The notes under the pieces are model-generated. The model was not told the DNA's origin. It searched no databases and saw only the letters and a list, made by a program, of their open reading frames with translations. Positions 20,384 through 30,893 of a stretch of 64,000 nucleotides of DNA are shown one piece after another; position 1 is the stretch's first letter, and the number at the start of each line of letters is the position of its first letter. This DNA comes from a virus: the IMG/VR virus record IMGVR_UViG_3300045988_179622; one strand, written 5' to 3'. The translations under genes were made by a program, and so were the position numbers.

Positions 20384-21226
20384 TTAATATGACACAATCT
20401 TACCTTTTTCTAATTTATAGTATTTATTTTCTTTATATTTAACACCGTCTACATATATTGCTTTTATATCTATAATTTTACCTATTTCATTTTCATCATC
20501 TCTCTCTACTAAAACTAACCAAGAACCTACCTTTCCACAAGCATATGACCTTACCCCATAGGATATAGCTACTGAATCTACATTCTCTGCAAAAGCTAAA
20601 CTTTCTGCCCCAAATGCGAGTGCCATTGAACCTTCTCCCTTAGCAGTAGCAAGAGATGCCTCAGCTAAACTTAATGCAATAGAGTCCTCTTTTTTTACAG
20701 TTGCTATAGAACCTGGGCTATTTGTTATGCTTCTTCCATCTTCCCTTTCTGCACAAGCAATACAACTCTCTCCTAGTGTAACTGCAATACTCTCTGGTTG
20801 TTTTACATTAGAGATAGACCAATCTCCCCCAGCTACAACAACTTTTCCACTAAAGTACACACTTTTATCTATATCATCAGCTTTCACATTTTTATAATCT
20901 GCTGTATCTACTGTAACAGAATATGGTACTCTTTCATCAGCTTCTTCCCTAGTTCTTACAATAATCGGATATTGTGCTACTTCATCCCAACCTAACTTTT
21001 TTAACACACTTATTTTGTTGCATATATAATTTCCTTGTTTATTTCTTTCTATATTACTTAATGGTACAACAAGATATATAGCTTCTGCCACACCCCAAGC
21101 ATAATTAGTCATAATATCTGTTGGATTTGTATACAGCGTAAATCCTTTTGCATACTGTAGTTCACTGTGAGTATAAGTTTCTCCTACACTAACACTAAAT
21201 TCCTTTAAAGCAACATAATATTCCAT
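20384..21226 (-). CDS. hypothetical protein (possibly structural)
   Basis: 280-aa ORF rich in G/A/S/V, suggesting beta structure. Confidence 0.4.
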   Translation of the reverse strand: MEYYVALKEFSVSVGETYTHSELQYAKGFTLYTNPTDIMTNYAWGVAEAIYLVVPLSNIERNKQGNYICNKISVLKKLGWDEVAQYPIIVRTREEADERVPYSVTVDTADYKNVKADDIDKSVYFSGKVVVAGGDWSISNVKQPESIAVTLGESCIACAEREDGRSITNSPGSIATVKKEDSIALSLAEASLATAKGEGSMALAFGAESLAFAENVDSVAISYGVRSYACGKVGSWLVLVERDDENEIGKIIDIKAIYVDGVKYKENKYYKLEKGKIVSY

Positions 21227-21731
21227 TATACATAACTTCCTTTCTTCTATATAAAAACTATTAACTGTATACTAATTTTGTGTGTATTCTAACTCCAGTT
21301 CAATCTTTTGTCAAGTATTTTTAGTAATAAAATAACTATTTAATTTTAATCAAGCATATATTTTATAAGTATTAAATTTATTACTATAACCTATATATAA
21401 ACATACTTTTAAATTTACATATTATTATTTATCTCCATTTCCAATTAAATACCAACATATAAACTTAGCTTTAAACTATTTTCTGATATTTCATTATATT
21501 TCTACCCATTTTTGAATGTTTTATTTTCTATGTAGAATTATACCATTTTCTATATTTCATTGAAATTTGAGCCAAAAAACACATAAAATACACAAAATTA
21601 AAAAGAGCCTACTAAAGACTCTTTCATCTAAAAATTTTTATTTTAATTGTCAACTAACTAACTAACTAACTAACTAAATAAATAAATAAACTCCACCACA
21701 TTTGCTGTATAGTTTATATTTTTCTACTAAT

Positions 21732-22076
21732 TCAATCCCTAAGTTTAATATCGTCCCATTTTGCATTGTCTCCCTTAAACCTCAGCCAGTAGAAATCATC
21801 ATTCTGTAATCCTCTAGTTTTCTTTACTATTCCTAAAGGTGTATAGTGTGTCAATCCTAATGCTTTTAATAAATCTTTTGCATTTGCACGAGTTCTAGGA
21901 AAACATCGACTTTCCAATAAATGGTGTAAACTTTCTGCATTTAAACCAAAGGGGAGAGGATTATCCATAGGGTCTGTTGTATACCTATCACAAGTGATTG
22001 TTCCGTCTGAATAAACTACTATATGTGCTACAGGCTTCTCTTTCCACATATAATCAAACTCTAAATTAACTTCCAA
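21732..22076 (-). CDS. hypothetical protein overlapping the end of the HipA-like gene
   Basis: 114-aa ORF with a 16-bp overlap with the upstream gene, suggesting an operon. Confidence 0.35.
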   Translation of the reverse strand: MEVNLEFDYMWKEKPVAHIVVYSDGTITCDRYTTDPMDNPLPFGLNAESLHHLLESRCFPRTRANAKDLLKALGLTHYTPLGIVKKTRGLQNDDFYWLRFKGDNAKWDDIKLRD

Positions 22077-22948
22077 TACAATCCACCACTTTCTCTATTA
22101 TCGTTATCTCTATTACTGTTATTAGAATTGAAATGGTTATCCCAGTTTTCGCTACATTCCAACTGCCATCTAAGTATATCCTTACATCTCTGTACCTGAT
22201 ACCTTGGATATAAGTCATTTGTATAATTATTTAGTAGTCTGTATACCTTAGTTTTATTTATAATTAGTTTCTTATTTGGGTACTTTTTTCTCAATGCACG
22301 AACTTGCTTGTTACCAAAAGGCATATATCTTACTCTATTTAGAGCATAGACAATATCCTCGTACTTCCCCCAAACTTCTTCTCTAGCAAGAAAACTAAGT
22401 CCATTGTCGAATATAGGGGCTATTGCATAGTTACCATTTGCTTTTCTTATTACACCTAGATTATTTATGTGTCTATCTTCATTTGCTACTAGTTTGTCAA
22501 AGTATAGTGTATTTATTAAATAATCAGTTATATCCAACATATAATGTGTTTTAACAAACTCTATCACATTTTCTATAATTTCTATAGATGGTTGTGTTCT
22601 TCGACTTCTTTCTAAAACTAAGCCATAAGTCTCATATAACCTTGAAATAGAATAAAAACTATCGCCTTTCTCATACATTGTCTGACTACAACAGCCTCTA
22701 TACTTTCCTTGTGAAGTTTCTATCAAACAAGTTTTATATCTTACATGAGGTATTTGGGTGCAATCTAATACCAATGATGCAAATTCTTCTGCCAGTCCTT
22801 CATATCCTTGCATATCAGCCTTTATCCACAAGTTTCCTTTTCGCCACTTTATTTGGTTTCCTTTACTTGTACTTGCTGTTATCCCTGTTATTCCTTTTAC
22901 ATTGACTTTTAACTGTTCCTGACCTTGTCCCTTTTCATTTAGTTGCAC
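22061..22948 (-). CDS. HipA-like Ser/Thr kinase (second paralog)
   Basis: ANEDRHINNLGVI catalytic loop and APIFDNGLSFL motif. Confidence 0.55.
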   Translation of the reverse strand: MQLNEKGQGQEQLKVNVKGITGITASTSKGNQIKWRKGNLWIKADMQGYEGLAEEFASLVLDCTQIPHVRYKTCLIETSQGKYRGCCSQTMYEKGDSFYSISRLYETYGLVLERSRRTQPSIEIIENVIEFVKTHYMLDITDYLINTLYFDKLVANEDRHINNLGVIRKANGNYAIAPIFDNGLSFLAREEVWGKYEDIVYALNRVRYMPFGNKQVRALRKKYPNKKLIINKTKVYRLLNNYTNDLYPRYQVQRCKDILRWQLECSENWDNHFNSNNSNRDNDNRESGGLYWKLI

Positions 22949-23137
22949 CCTAACCTCACCAACCTTTCCTTACAAATAAACAGCTAACTTATAATATACT
23001 TCCTACCTACCTTATTTATTTATCTGTTTATTTATTTGTTTGTTTATTTATTATTTCCTTTTTCTTTTTGGCTCTAATCCAATTTTTTTCGCTTGTCATT
23101 TTATCATATTCCTAATTCAGTTTCAACTTTTATTTGT

Positions 23138-24079
23138 CTATTCCTTTTTTAGCTTGTGAGTTTCTTGCTGTAGCCTTGATACAGCTGTATTATAATACTT
23201 ACTATCTAACTCTATCCCTATAAACTTCCTATTTGTACGCATACACCCTACACCTGTTGTTCCTGAACCCATTGTGAAATCTAAAATTGTATGTCCGTCC
23301 ATTGAAAATAATTGCAGTAAATATTCTATAAGCTCTACTGGTTTCTCTGTTTCGTGATAGGTGTTTTTACCTTTTCTTGCATACGAAAGTATGTTAGACG
23401 GTATTTTATTTGAACTGTTTATTGGACAATTAAACCCTCCTAAACCTGTATTAAGAACACAGTCTGTTAGAGTTCCTCTATACGGTTTAATCGCATAGAT
23501 TATAGGCTCATAATACGGAGCTAAATTCCCTAACCTATAATTCCTGTATAGTTCCTTGCATATTTCTAATTCTTTCTCATTATCCTTTTTTCTTATTCTT
23601 TTTTCCAATACATTTTCTAGCTTCTGTGCTTTCGCATTACATCTATCTTTCTGCCAAATCAAAATATCTTTTATTATAAACCCACTATCTTCTAATGCTG
23701 TGCATACCCTGTGTTGCATACGCCTACTGCTAAATATAAGAATTGGACTTGCTGGCTTAGTTATTCTATACAATTCCCTTGCCCAACTATTACACCAACT
23801 CTCATATTCATACGGAATTTCCTTGTCGGCTTTAGACCAACCATTCAAAGGTTTACCTCGCCTTTTAAAACTCGTCTTTGTTGCTTGATTTAGGCTACTT
23901 CCACCTAAAGCACTATTTTTATTGCTATGTAGAACATCCCAACTAGCATAATCTATCCCATAAGGAATATCTGCTAAAACAACATCTATACTAACATCTT
24001 CTAATGTTTTTAATATTACTCTACAATCGCCTTTATACAGTATATAGTCTTTTTCTCTTTTAGTCTCTATCCTTTCCAA
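23138..24079 (-). CDS. DNA methyltransferase (ParB-less N6A/N4C class)
   Basis: VLADIPYGIDY (DPPY-like) and C-terminal DFTMGSGTTGVGC motif I. Confidence 0.7.
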   Translation of the reverse strand: MERIETKREKDYILYKGDCRVILKTLEDVSIDVVLADIPYGIDYASWDVLHSNKNSALGGSSLNQATKTSFKRRGKPLNGWSKADKEIPYEYESWCNSWARELYRITKPASPILIFSSRRMQHRVCTALEDSGFIIKDILIWQKDRCNAKAQKLENVLEKRIRKKDNEKELEICKELYRNYRLGNLAPYYEPIIYAIKPYRGTLTDCVLNTGLGGFNCPINSSNKIPSNILSYARKGKNTYHETEKPVELIEYLLQLFSMDGHTILDFTMGSGTTGVGCMRTNRKFIGIELDSKYYNTAVSRLQQETHKLKKE

Positions 24080-24124
24080 TTTGACTATTTACTCACCTCT
24101 ATTTATCTTCCTGCTTTCTTTTTA

Positions 24125-25024
24125 TTACATATTTCTTCCTGCAATACATCTCAGATAAACTTCTTTTAACTTAGCAAGTACATTATCTTGTACTTCTTTT
24201 TTAGGTACTCTGCTTCCATTTATCCATCTTGAGATTGTCGTTTTAGAAACACTTAAAACTTCTGCAAGTGTTTCTTGGGAGCAACCTAAAGCAGCTTTCC
24301 ACTTTGTAATTTGAAATGCAAATCCCTCAAAATAAGCTCTTTCTTTTCTATAATCCCCAAAAATATCCCAGCCTTTTTGTTTTAGAATATCGGCTTTCTC
24401 TTTTACAGAATAAAGTTCCATTGAACTTCCTTTCCCATTTTTAAAAACTTTAAACCATAAATTAATTAGCTCCCCATCACACAAAACTGATATATCTTCA
24501 TTTAATAGTTTAGCAAGAACTTTTATTTCATTTAGTTCTTGCTTATATTTACTTACAAACTGGCTATATTGTTTATTGTCTGCGTTAGACTTTACATTGG
24601 TTTTTGAAAAAATATAATCCCTTGGAATATTATATTTCATAGTTTTATGCTTAACCATAGATTTTTCAGTTAATAATTCTACATCTGTTTGTAGCATCTT
24701 TATGAGTTTATTTGTATGATACGCAACTGTTACCTCATCGTCTACAATTCTACAATAGGGTGTGGGTATTCCTAGATAACTAATTTTATAAGTATATTTA
24801 TGTGGCACTTTCTTTTTTGCTCCATAAACCTCATATACACGAGGATTATCTAATTTGTTTTCAGCCTGTAAACATTCAATGTATTCACAACATAAATATC
24901 TATTCATAGACATAGCTACTAAATTAAATATGCTCCTTCTATCTGTATGCTCTATAATATAATACTGTTCATCACCATCAACTTTAAACATTATTTTCAT
25001 AGCTTTTCTTCCCCCTTTTTTCAC
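24125..25024 (-). CDS. protein with a C-terminal XRE-type HTH
   Basis: LGCSQETLAEVLSVSKTTISRWINGSRVP. Confidence 0.5.
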   Translation of the reverse strand: MKKGGRKAMKIMFKVDGDEQYYIIEHTDRRSIFNLVAMSMNRYLCCEYIECLQAENKLDNPRVYEVYGAKKKVPHKYTYKISYLGIPTPYCRIVDDEVTVAYHTNKLIKMLQTDVELLTEKSMVKHKTMKYNIPRDYIFSKTNVKSNADNKQYSQFVSKYKQELNEIKVLAKLLNEDISVLCDGELINLWFKVFKNGKGSSMELYSVKEKADILKQKGWDIFGDYRKERAYFEGFAFQITKWKAALGCSQETLAEVLSVSKTTISRWINGSRVPKKEVQDNVLAKLKEVYLRCIAGRNM

Positions 25025-25047
25025 TAATGTAATTCTAAAATAATTAG

Positions 25048-25494
25048 TTAATTGAAATGTTGTTTTGACAACTTAAACTTCTTTAAATCGTGCTTGTACA
25101 GGTAGCTTATTGCTTTTTCTACACTATCGAAACTTCTTTGAAAATGATAACTTCCTCTATGTCTTCGAAAAACAAATAAATTCCCGTGATATAAATTAAT
25201 CTTATCTCCACTACTTGCTTCCTCTATTATCCAACAACTCAGCTGTGATTTTATATAATAATCTCCGAACTTGTACTCATATTCCAACCCTAACCTTTCA
25301 CATAAGGTAGGTACTGTAGACTTTAATAACATTTCCTTTAAACAGTTACATCTAAAGTGTTTATCCTTTATATCTATCTGTCTTCTCTGTATATTTCGTA
25401 TCTCACATTTATGTGTATCGACAGTTCCATTATGTAAGAAAACACAGTCCTTAGAGTGATACTTTTTCGTTACTGTATTGTATACTAGCTCCAT
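25048..25494 (-). CDS. Cys/His-rich hypothetical protein
   Basis: 148-aa ORF with several Cys and His. Confidence 0.35.
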   Translation of the reverse strand: MELVYNTVTKKYHSKDCVFLHNGTVDTHKCEIRNIQRRQIDIKDKHFRCNCLKEMLLKSTVPTLCERLGLEYEYKFGDYYIKSQLSCWIIEEASSGDKINLYHGNLFVFRRHRGSYHFQRSFDSVEKAISYLYKHDLKKFKLSKQHFN

Positions 25495-25798
25495 ATAAAC
25501 GCCTCCCTTCTAACAGCTTAAAGTATTCAAAATTAAACTAACAGCCAAAACTATCTGTATATTGTCACTTTCTCCTGTTTCATTACTTAAGTAAAAAATG
25601 TCCCCCTACCGTTTTAGCAGGGAGACTTATATTTGATAGGAGAAAAACTAAATCTAGCTACATACACCTACTACTACTACTACTACTACTACTACACACA
25701 CATAAATATATACATTTTCTCGTGTACTGTTTTTTTGTTACAATGTTCTTTCTGTGTACTAGGTGAATAAATAAATAAATAAATAAATAACCTAAAAA

Positions 25799-26695
25799 TC
25801 AATAGTTTACTATTAACACTTCCTTGTCCTCACTCCTATCTTTCTTATGATAATTACACCTTGTGTGTTGGCTTCCTAGCTGATAAACGGTGTACTTTTC
25901 TTTCCATTTATCCAGTAACCTATTTTCATACTTCAAATTATTACTTAGTGCAAATTTAACACCTTTCTTATCTAACTCGTCTAACTTGCTTAATAATATT
26001 TTCTCATATTCTTCTCCCCAACCGTCTTTTCCAGTTCTGTATTCATTATATGTAGCTACAGAATTTAAGTACGGTGGGTCTGCATAAACAAAATCTTTAT
26101 CAGTTAAATCCTCCAAAAGTTTAAGTTTATCAAATTGTTCGTTCATAAACACGCAATTAATACTGTGTAATCTATCGTTGAATAAACTAAACCTTTCCCT
26201 TAGTTTCGAATTGAATGAGCTTCTTTCCAATCCAAACGGCATATTGTAATCACCATTTTTATTAAACCTTATTTGATGGTTGAATGAATAACAAATTAAT
26301 ACATACAACATTAACGGGTGCTTTTCTTTTTCATTGTTATACACTTCCCTTAAACTTAAATATCCCTCTCTATTTTGCTGAGTTAAGCTATATTCTTTAA
26401 TTAAGCTATCTATATATTCAAGGGAACTTTCTGTAGGTGTGTTCTTTAAATATTGTAATAGTTCAACTACCTGTGTTAAAACATCATTATATATAATCTT
26501 TTCAGCTATTACATTGGCACCTACATTGAACCCCCCCCCGAAAAAATCCACAAATATCCCTATATTACTAGGAAACTTAGACATTATCTGAGGTAATATT
26601 TTATACTTTCCTCCTGTATAATTTAATGGGCTTTTTACATATTTGTTCACACCCTTGTTTTGCTTTGAGTTTATTTCTTCTGTATTTTTTGACAT
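25799..26695 (-). CDS. Dam-family (D12 class) N6-adenine DNA methyltransferase containing a G9 homopolymer
   Basis: NYTGGKYKILPQI, FVDFFGGGFNVG (motif I) and YADPPYLNS (motif IV). The GGG GGG GGG codons plus the preceding C make a C9 run at 26531-26539. Confidence 0.75.
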   Translation of the reverse strand: MSKNTEEINSKQNKGVNKYVKSPLNYTGGKYKILPQIMSKFPSNIGIFVDFFGGGFNVGANVIAEKIIYNDVLTQVVELLQYLKNTPTESSLEYIDSLIKEYSLTQQNREGYLSLREVYNNEKEKHPLMLYVLICYSFNHQIRFNKNGDYNMPFGLERSSFNSKLRERFSLFNDRLHSINCVFMNEQFDKLKLLEDLTDKDFVYADPPYLNSVATYNEYRTGKDGWGEEYEKILLSKLDELDKKGVKFALSNNLKYENRLLDKWKEKYTVYQLGSQHTRCNYHKKDRSEDKEVLIVNY

Positions 26696-27169
26696 TTAAT
26701 CTTTTTTTTGTTGTTGGGCATATTATGTATCTACATACAAGTAAGTAAATAAGTTTTATTGGACTGATAACAAACTTAATATACAAAATCTAAACTACTT
26801 ATCTTATTTTGACCCTTAATTAACTCCCTTTTTAATATTTCAGTCCCACTTATATACATCTATATGCCCTTGCTGGTAACTTCTGCTCTCTTTACCTATT
26901 TATTTATTAATTAGTTGATTGATTATTTATTTATTTAACTCTGTTCGGCAGTTCGTTCTAATAAACTTAATTCCTAATACTTCTTTATTTTCTTGTCCCT
27001 ATTTCTATTATTTCGGTATACTTCTTAATACACCCAGTTTTCTAACTAACTTACTTACCTTTATTTTTTAGGCAATTTAAAAGGGAGACTAAAAAAGCCT
27101 CCCTATCTATATCTGTACAGTTATATTTATTTATGTATTTTCTATTTCTACTTAGTTTATATACAAATC

Positions 27170-29560
27170 TTATAAGTATTCAGCCATATAAACATCTAAA
27201 TCATATGGTGTTATATCACCATCCACATCAAAGATAATATCAGCTTCCTCTTTATCATCTACCATTAATCCTCTTGCTCTTGTGTTTAAAGCAATTAAAT
27301 CGTATAAAGTAGGCTTTTGCATATTTACAACACTATAACATACGGCTGCTACAGTATCTAAATTACTTTCTACATTATTTCCACCAACTCTAGTATAACA
27401 ACTACCTAAGGATACACCCATATCGCCCCAAATTATTTCTCTGTTTACACAGTCAAAAATAACTGGAATACTGATACAACCATTTGTGGTTAAATCCATT
27501 TTCTGTTCAACTGTTTTTGGCTCATAAATTTCTCCTGACTTTACACTTTTTCTATTCATCCAGCCGAAACTAGCGTGTGGTAGTTCAGATAAAATCTGCT
27601 GTGTATAGCTGTACACCTGATAAACAACATATCTTCCTCCATACTTTACTACAGAGTCAATATCAATATCAATGAACTCACTTACACCTTTTCCATTTAC
27701 ATTTCCACCGTCTGTAATATCGCCTGAGTGACAAGCTCTATATTTCTTAGAGCGTAAGTTTGTGTATGAAATATGTTCCATATAATTCCAGTTTTCATCA
27801 AAGATAGCACCTGATAAGTCTAAGTCTACTCTACTCTTTTTATCATTTGTCCACCAAATAAACCCTCTTAATACTTTTGTGCTTGCTGGAATAGGTACTC
27901 TTGAACCTCTTACCATAGTCTTTAAAGTTTTGTTGGCACTTCTCTGGCTGAAAGGTACAATATAATTCTTAAACTCTTTTGACACATAAACATTACCTAA
28001 CCAGTCTCTCTTGCTATAATTTGTTACTAAAGCGTTTTCACAAATTCTTACTATAGACTTACAAGCCTTTTCTGAGATAGCTTCTAGCTTATTTTCTACA
28101 TTATAGCTATTTGCTAGTCTGCCCTTAGGGAAGAAAACCCTATACTTAGTGTCTTTAACTTCATTTGAAGCCTTATCTTCCTTTTCGTTATTGTTACCAG
28201 GATTGCTATCACTAGTTTCAACTTCAACTTCAACCTCAGCTGATTGATTTCTGTGTTTGAAATGCTCCCTTACCTGTAATAAAACAGGTGTAGCTACTTC
28301 TACTGCTACTTCTCTGAAAGCATTGACAATTTCAAATTCATTTTCCTTATAAAGTCTTAATAAATAATCTAATTTTCTTGCTAGTTCACCTGGACGCTTC
28401 TTTAATAAATTGATTGCTGCGAGTTCCTTTGTTGCAAGTAACTGCTCTACCTTAGATGCGTAAGTTTTTATCTCTTTAGGACAATTTCTTAACTTTCTAT
28501 AAGCTTCATTTACTGTAGGATATGAATTTTTATATTCAGCAGGGTGTAACTTTTCTCCTACTCTAATCCACTTACCCTTGTGGCGTAACATATCTTCTTC
28601 AATACCTTTACCACAACTTTCAAGCAACTCCATAATTAATCTGCGTTCCTTACGGTTGAAGTTTCTATACTTAGTTGTCCCAGCTAAACTTACATCACCA
28701 CCTGACATCTCTGTAATAAGTCTAAGGACATCTGTTGCTGTCTTAATGTATCTTTTTAATAGAAAATTAAGTTCTCGTTCTGATAAATAATTACATTCTG
28801 TTATTAAGATTTTACATATCAAAGCTACATTTTCTTTTAATAAAATTTCTTTAGGTAGCATACAGAATACATCTGCGTTTGTTAGTAACCACTCTAAGTC
28901 TTTCTTATCTGTAGACGATAGAGAAGTTTTTGAATTACATAAATTTAAACCTATCTCTAATAAATCAAAATAATTTCCTACTTCAATTACCTTTAATTTA
29001 TTTGTTACTTCTTCTTCTAAAGGCAATCTCTCTTTCTTTTCTGATTCTGGATAATATGTGCCTAATGAGAGGTAATGTAAGATTGCATTAAGATATAATT
29101 CTACTTCTTCTGCTTCCATTACTTCTTCTGGAAAGTTTGGATAAAGAGGCTTGTAAACTACATTTGCACCTACAAGTTTCTTTAATACAGACACTACTTC
29201 TAAATACATTTTCTTTAGTTCGTCTACATTCTTTTTCTTTAAAATTTCAATAGCTTCTTCTGAAAATGTATAACCTAAACTCCCAATATTCTTTAATAGA
29301 GTTGCTACATAAACTTCTTCTTTAGTAACAGCACTTTCAGGTGTTTTTGCTTCTATTACTGCCTTTATTTCTGCTACTCCATCCTTTTCTTCTGCTTCTG
29401 CTTTCAAACCACTTTCATTCTCTAACCCTAACAAAAGTTTATTTCGTCTTCTTAACAAGATTTCAAGAGCCTTTGGCTCTGCTAAACTTCCTGGTTTAAA
29501 TATTGTCTTTCTTTGGTTGTTTGTTGCCTTTTCTTTCATAGTATCTGCATTAATTCCCAT
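27170..29560 (-). CDS. large protein (796 aa) with a C-terminal TerD-like domain
   Basis: VDLDLSGAIFDENWNYMEHISYTNL and SGDITDGGNVNGKGVSEFIDIDID resemble TerD VDLDASAFLLD and GDNxTGEGDGDDE. Confidence 0.4.
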   Translation of the reverse strand: MGINADTMKEKATNNQRKTIFKPGSLAEPKALEILLRRRNKLLLGLENESGLKAEAEEKDGVAEIKAVIEAKTPESAVTKEEVYVATLLKNIGSLGYTFSEEAIEILKKKNVDELKKMYLEVVSVLKKLVGANVVYKPLYPNFPEEVMEAEEVELYLNAILHYLSLGTYYPESEKKERLPLEEEVTNKLKVIEVGNYFDLLEIGLNLCNSKTSLSSTDKKDLEWLLTNADVFCMLPKEILLKENVALICKILITECNYLSERELNFLLKRYIKTATDVLRLITEMSGGDVSLAGTTKYRNFNRKERRLIMELLESCGKGIEEDMLRHKGKWIRVGEKLHPAEYKNSYPTVNEAYRKLRNCPKEIKTYASKVEQLLATKELAAINLLKKRPGELARKLDYLLRLYKENEFEIVNAFREVAVEVATPVLLQVREHFKHRNQSAEVEVEVETSDSNPGNNNEKEDKASNEVKDTKYRVFFPKGRLANSYNVENKLEAISEKACKSIVRICENALVTNYSKRDWLGNVYVSKEFKNYIVPFSQRSANKTLKTMVRGSRVPIPASTKVLRGFIWWTNDKKSRVDLDLSGAIFDENWNYMEHISYTNLRSKKYRACHSGDITDGGNVNGKGVSEFIDIDIDSVVKYGGRYVVYQVYSYTQQILSELPHASFGWMNRKSVKSGEIYEPKTVEQKMDLTTNGCISIPVIFDCVNREIIWGDMGVSLGSCYTRVGGNNVESNLDTVAAVCYSVVNMQKPTLYDLIALNTRARGLMVDDKEEADIIFDVDGDITPYDLDVYMAEYL

Positions 29561-29950
29561 AACACATAGCCCTTTCTTTTTTATATCTTCTTGTTTCTTT
29601 TTATTTTATTTTTCTTAACTTATACTAATTTACTTTCATTTAATCTCTAATCTAATATCTTTCATACTATTCTCTAGTTTTATCGCATTAAAAAAGGTAA
29701 CAGATTGTCTTAGGTATCAATTAGCCAGTTTTATGTACATTCAACTAGTTAATCTCTTTAACACTTAGACTTTCTGTCACCTATATTTTAAATTTCCTTT
29801 AGCCTTTCCTGTGGTTTTTTTCGCCTTGGTTAAGTTCTAAGGTCTTTCCACTTAGTGCAAAACTAAACTAAACTAAACTAAAGAAAATAATTTCAGGGTA
29901 ATCGAAAATTCTAGTTGTTTTCTTGTTCTTCAATAATCTAATAACTTACA

Positions 29951-30266
29951 TAGAAGGAAGAATTTTCATAGCCCGTTTTAGGAAACCGTTAAAGCTATCC
30001 ACTATTATAATCAGTATTTATTATAATCAGTATTTTGTTCAATTAGAAGGAAGCTTTAATCATAGCCTAAACATTTATTTTTTCTTTTTTTTTTAACTTT
30101 GTAGACTTAGGAAACTATTAAAACTATTCGGTATGTTTTAATTTTTCAATAATAAATTAATAGAAGGAAGTCTTAATATAGCCTAAGTCCTATTGTATTA
30201 TATTGGAAATAAAGAAAACTAATCTATTTACCTTTATCTTCATCTACTAAAATAACTAGAAGGAAG
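29951..30266. repeat. four iteron-like direct repeats TAGAAGGAAG-N8-9-ATAGCC
   Basis: Copies start at 29951, 30044, 30161 and 30257. Confidence 0.6.
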
Positions 30267-30348
30267 CCTTCCTATAGCCAATATAATGGTTTTTTGGTTT
30301 TTATCGAGATTTTCTTATATTTTTAAGAGTGAAACCCTAACACCCTCA

Positions 30349-30419
30349 AGCACTAGATGGGAGTCGAACCCACCACTTCAGATTGGAAGTCTGATGTTTT
30401 ACCGATAAACTACTAGTGC
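30349..30419 (-). tRNA. tRNA-Gly (anticodon UCC)
   Basis: Acceptor GCACTAG/CTAGTGC, anticodon stem TCAGA/TCTGA, loop CTTCCAA, T-arm GTGGG-TTCGACT-CCCAT, discriminator U. Confidence 0.75.
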
Positions 30420-30462
30420 AGTTTATTTTACATTTTTCTAAAGGTATAGGTTTATACCTGTA

Positions 30463-30498
30463 GGTTTACACCTGTGTCATTTCGCATCCTTCTAAAAC
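30463..30498 (-). CRISPR. single CRISPR-like repeat (plus a partial copy at 30448-30462) next to leader-like element copy 1
   Basis: ggtttacacctgtgtcatttcgcatccttctaaaac. This is the same family as the 36-bp array repeat. Confidence 0.4.
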
Positions 30499-30499
30499 C

Positions 30500-30703
30500 T
30501 CAAAAGTTCTTTAGATTATATGCTTAACTTATATTTACAAGTGCTTTATGACTTTTTAGTTTCAAAGGACAAAACCCTTGCCCTCTACTTGCTTCGCTCT
30601 CTTACCTTAGATTAAACTAAGTAATAAGTAATAAGAAGTTCCACCAAACACTTTTCCTTTTCTTTTAACTTTTTATACACCCCTTAAGTATCGTATGTCC
30701 CCT
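30500..30703 (-). other. conserved leader-like element copy 1 (about 200 bp), ending in the promoter-like motif
   Basis: Near-identical copies lie at 31192-31414 and 31739-31929. All contain acaagtgctttatgac...caaaggacaaaacccttgccctctac...ccccttaagtatcgtatgYcccc. Confidence 0.6.
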
Positions 30704-30893
30704 CTAATAACTAATTCTATCTATATAAACCACTAAATTAATTATTTAATTGGGGCTTTATTTATTTGTTTACTCAACTTGTCGGTTTTTCCGACAGGTT
30801 CAAATGTATATTTTGTATATTTAGGTTTTACACCTATGTTATGTTTGCTTCCTCATAATCACTTTGGTTATAAGATTATTGAAATTCCCTCAA

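Noticed and set aside
30778-30800. Hairpin TTGTCGG-TTTTT-CCGACAGG as a rho-independent terminator
   Set aside because: On the minus strand, which is the transcribed strand here, no U-tract follows it. It could be a plus-strand terminator, but no plus-strand genes exist. It is left as an unassigned structure.
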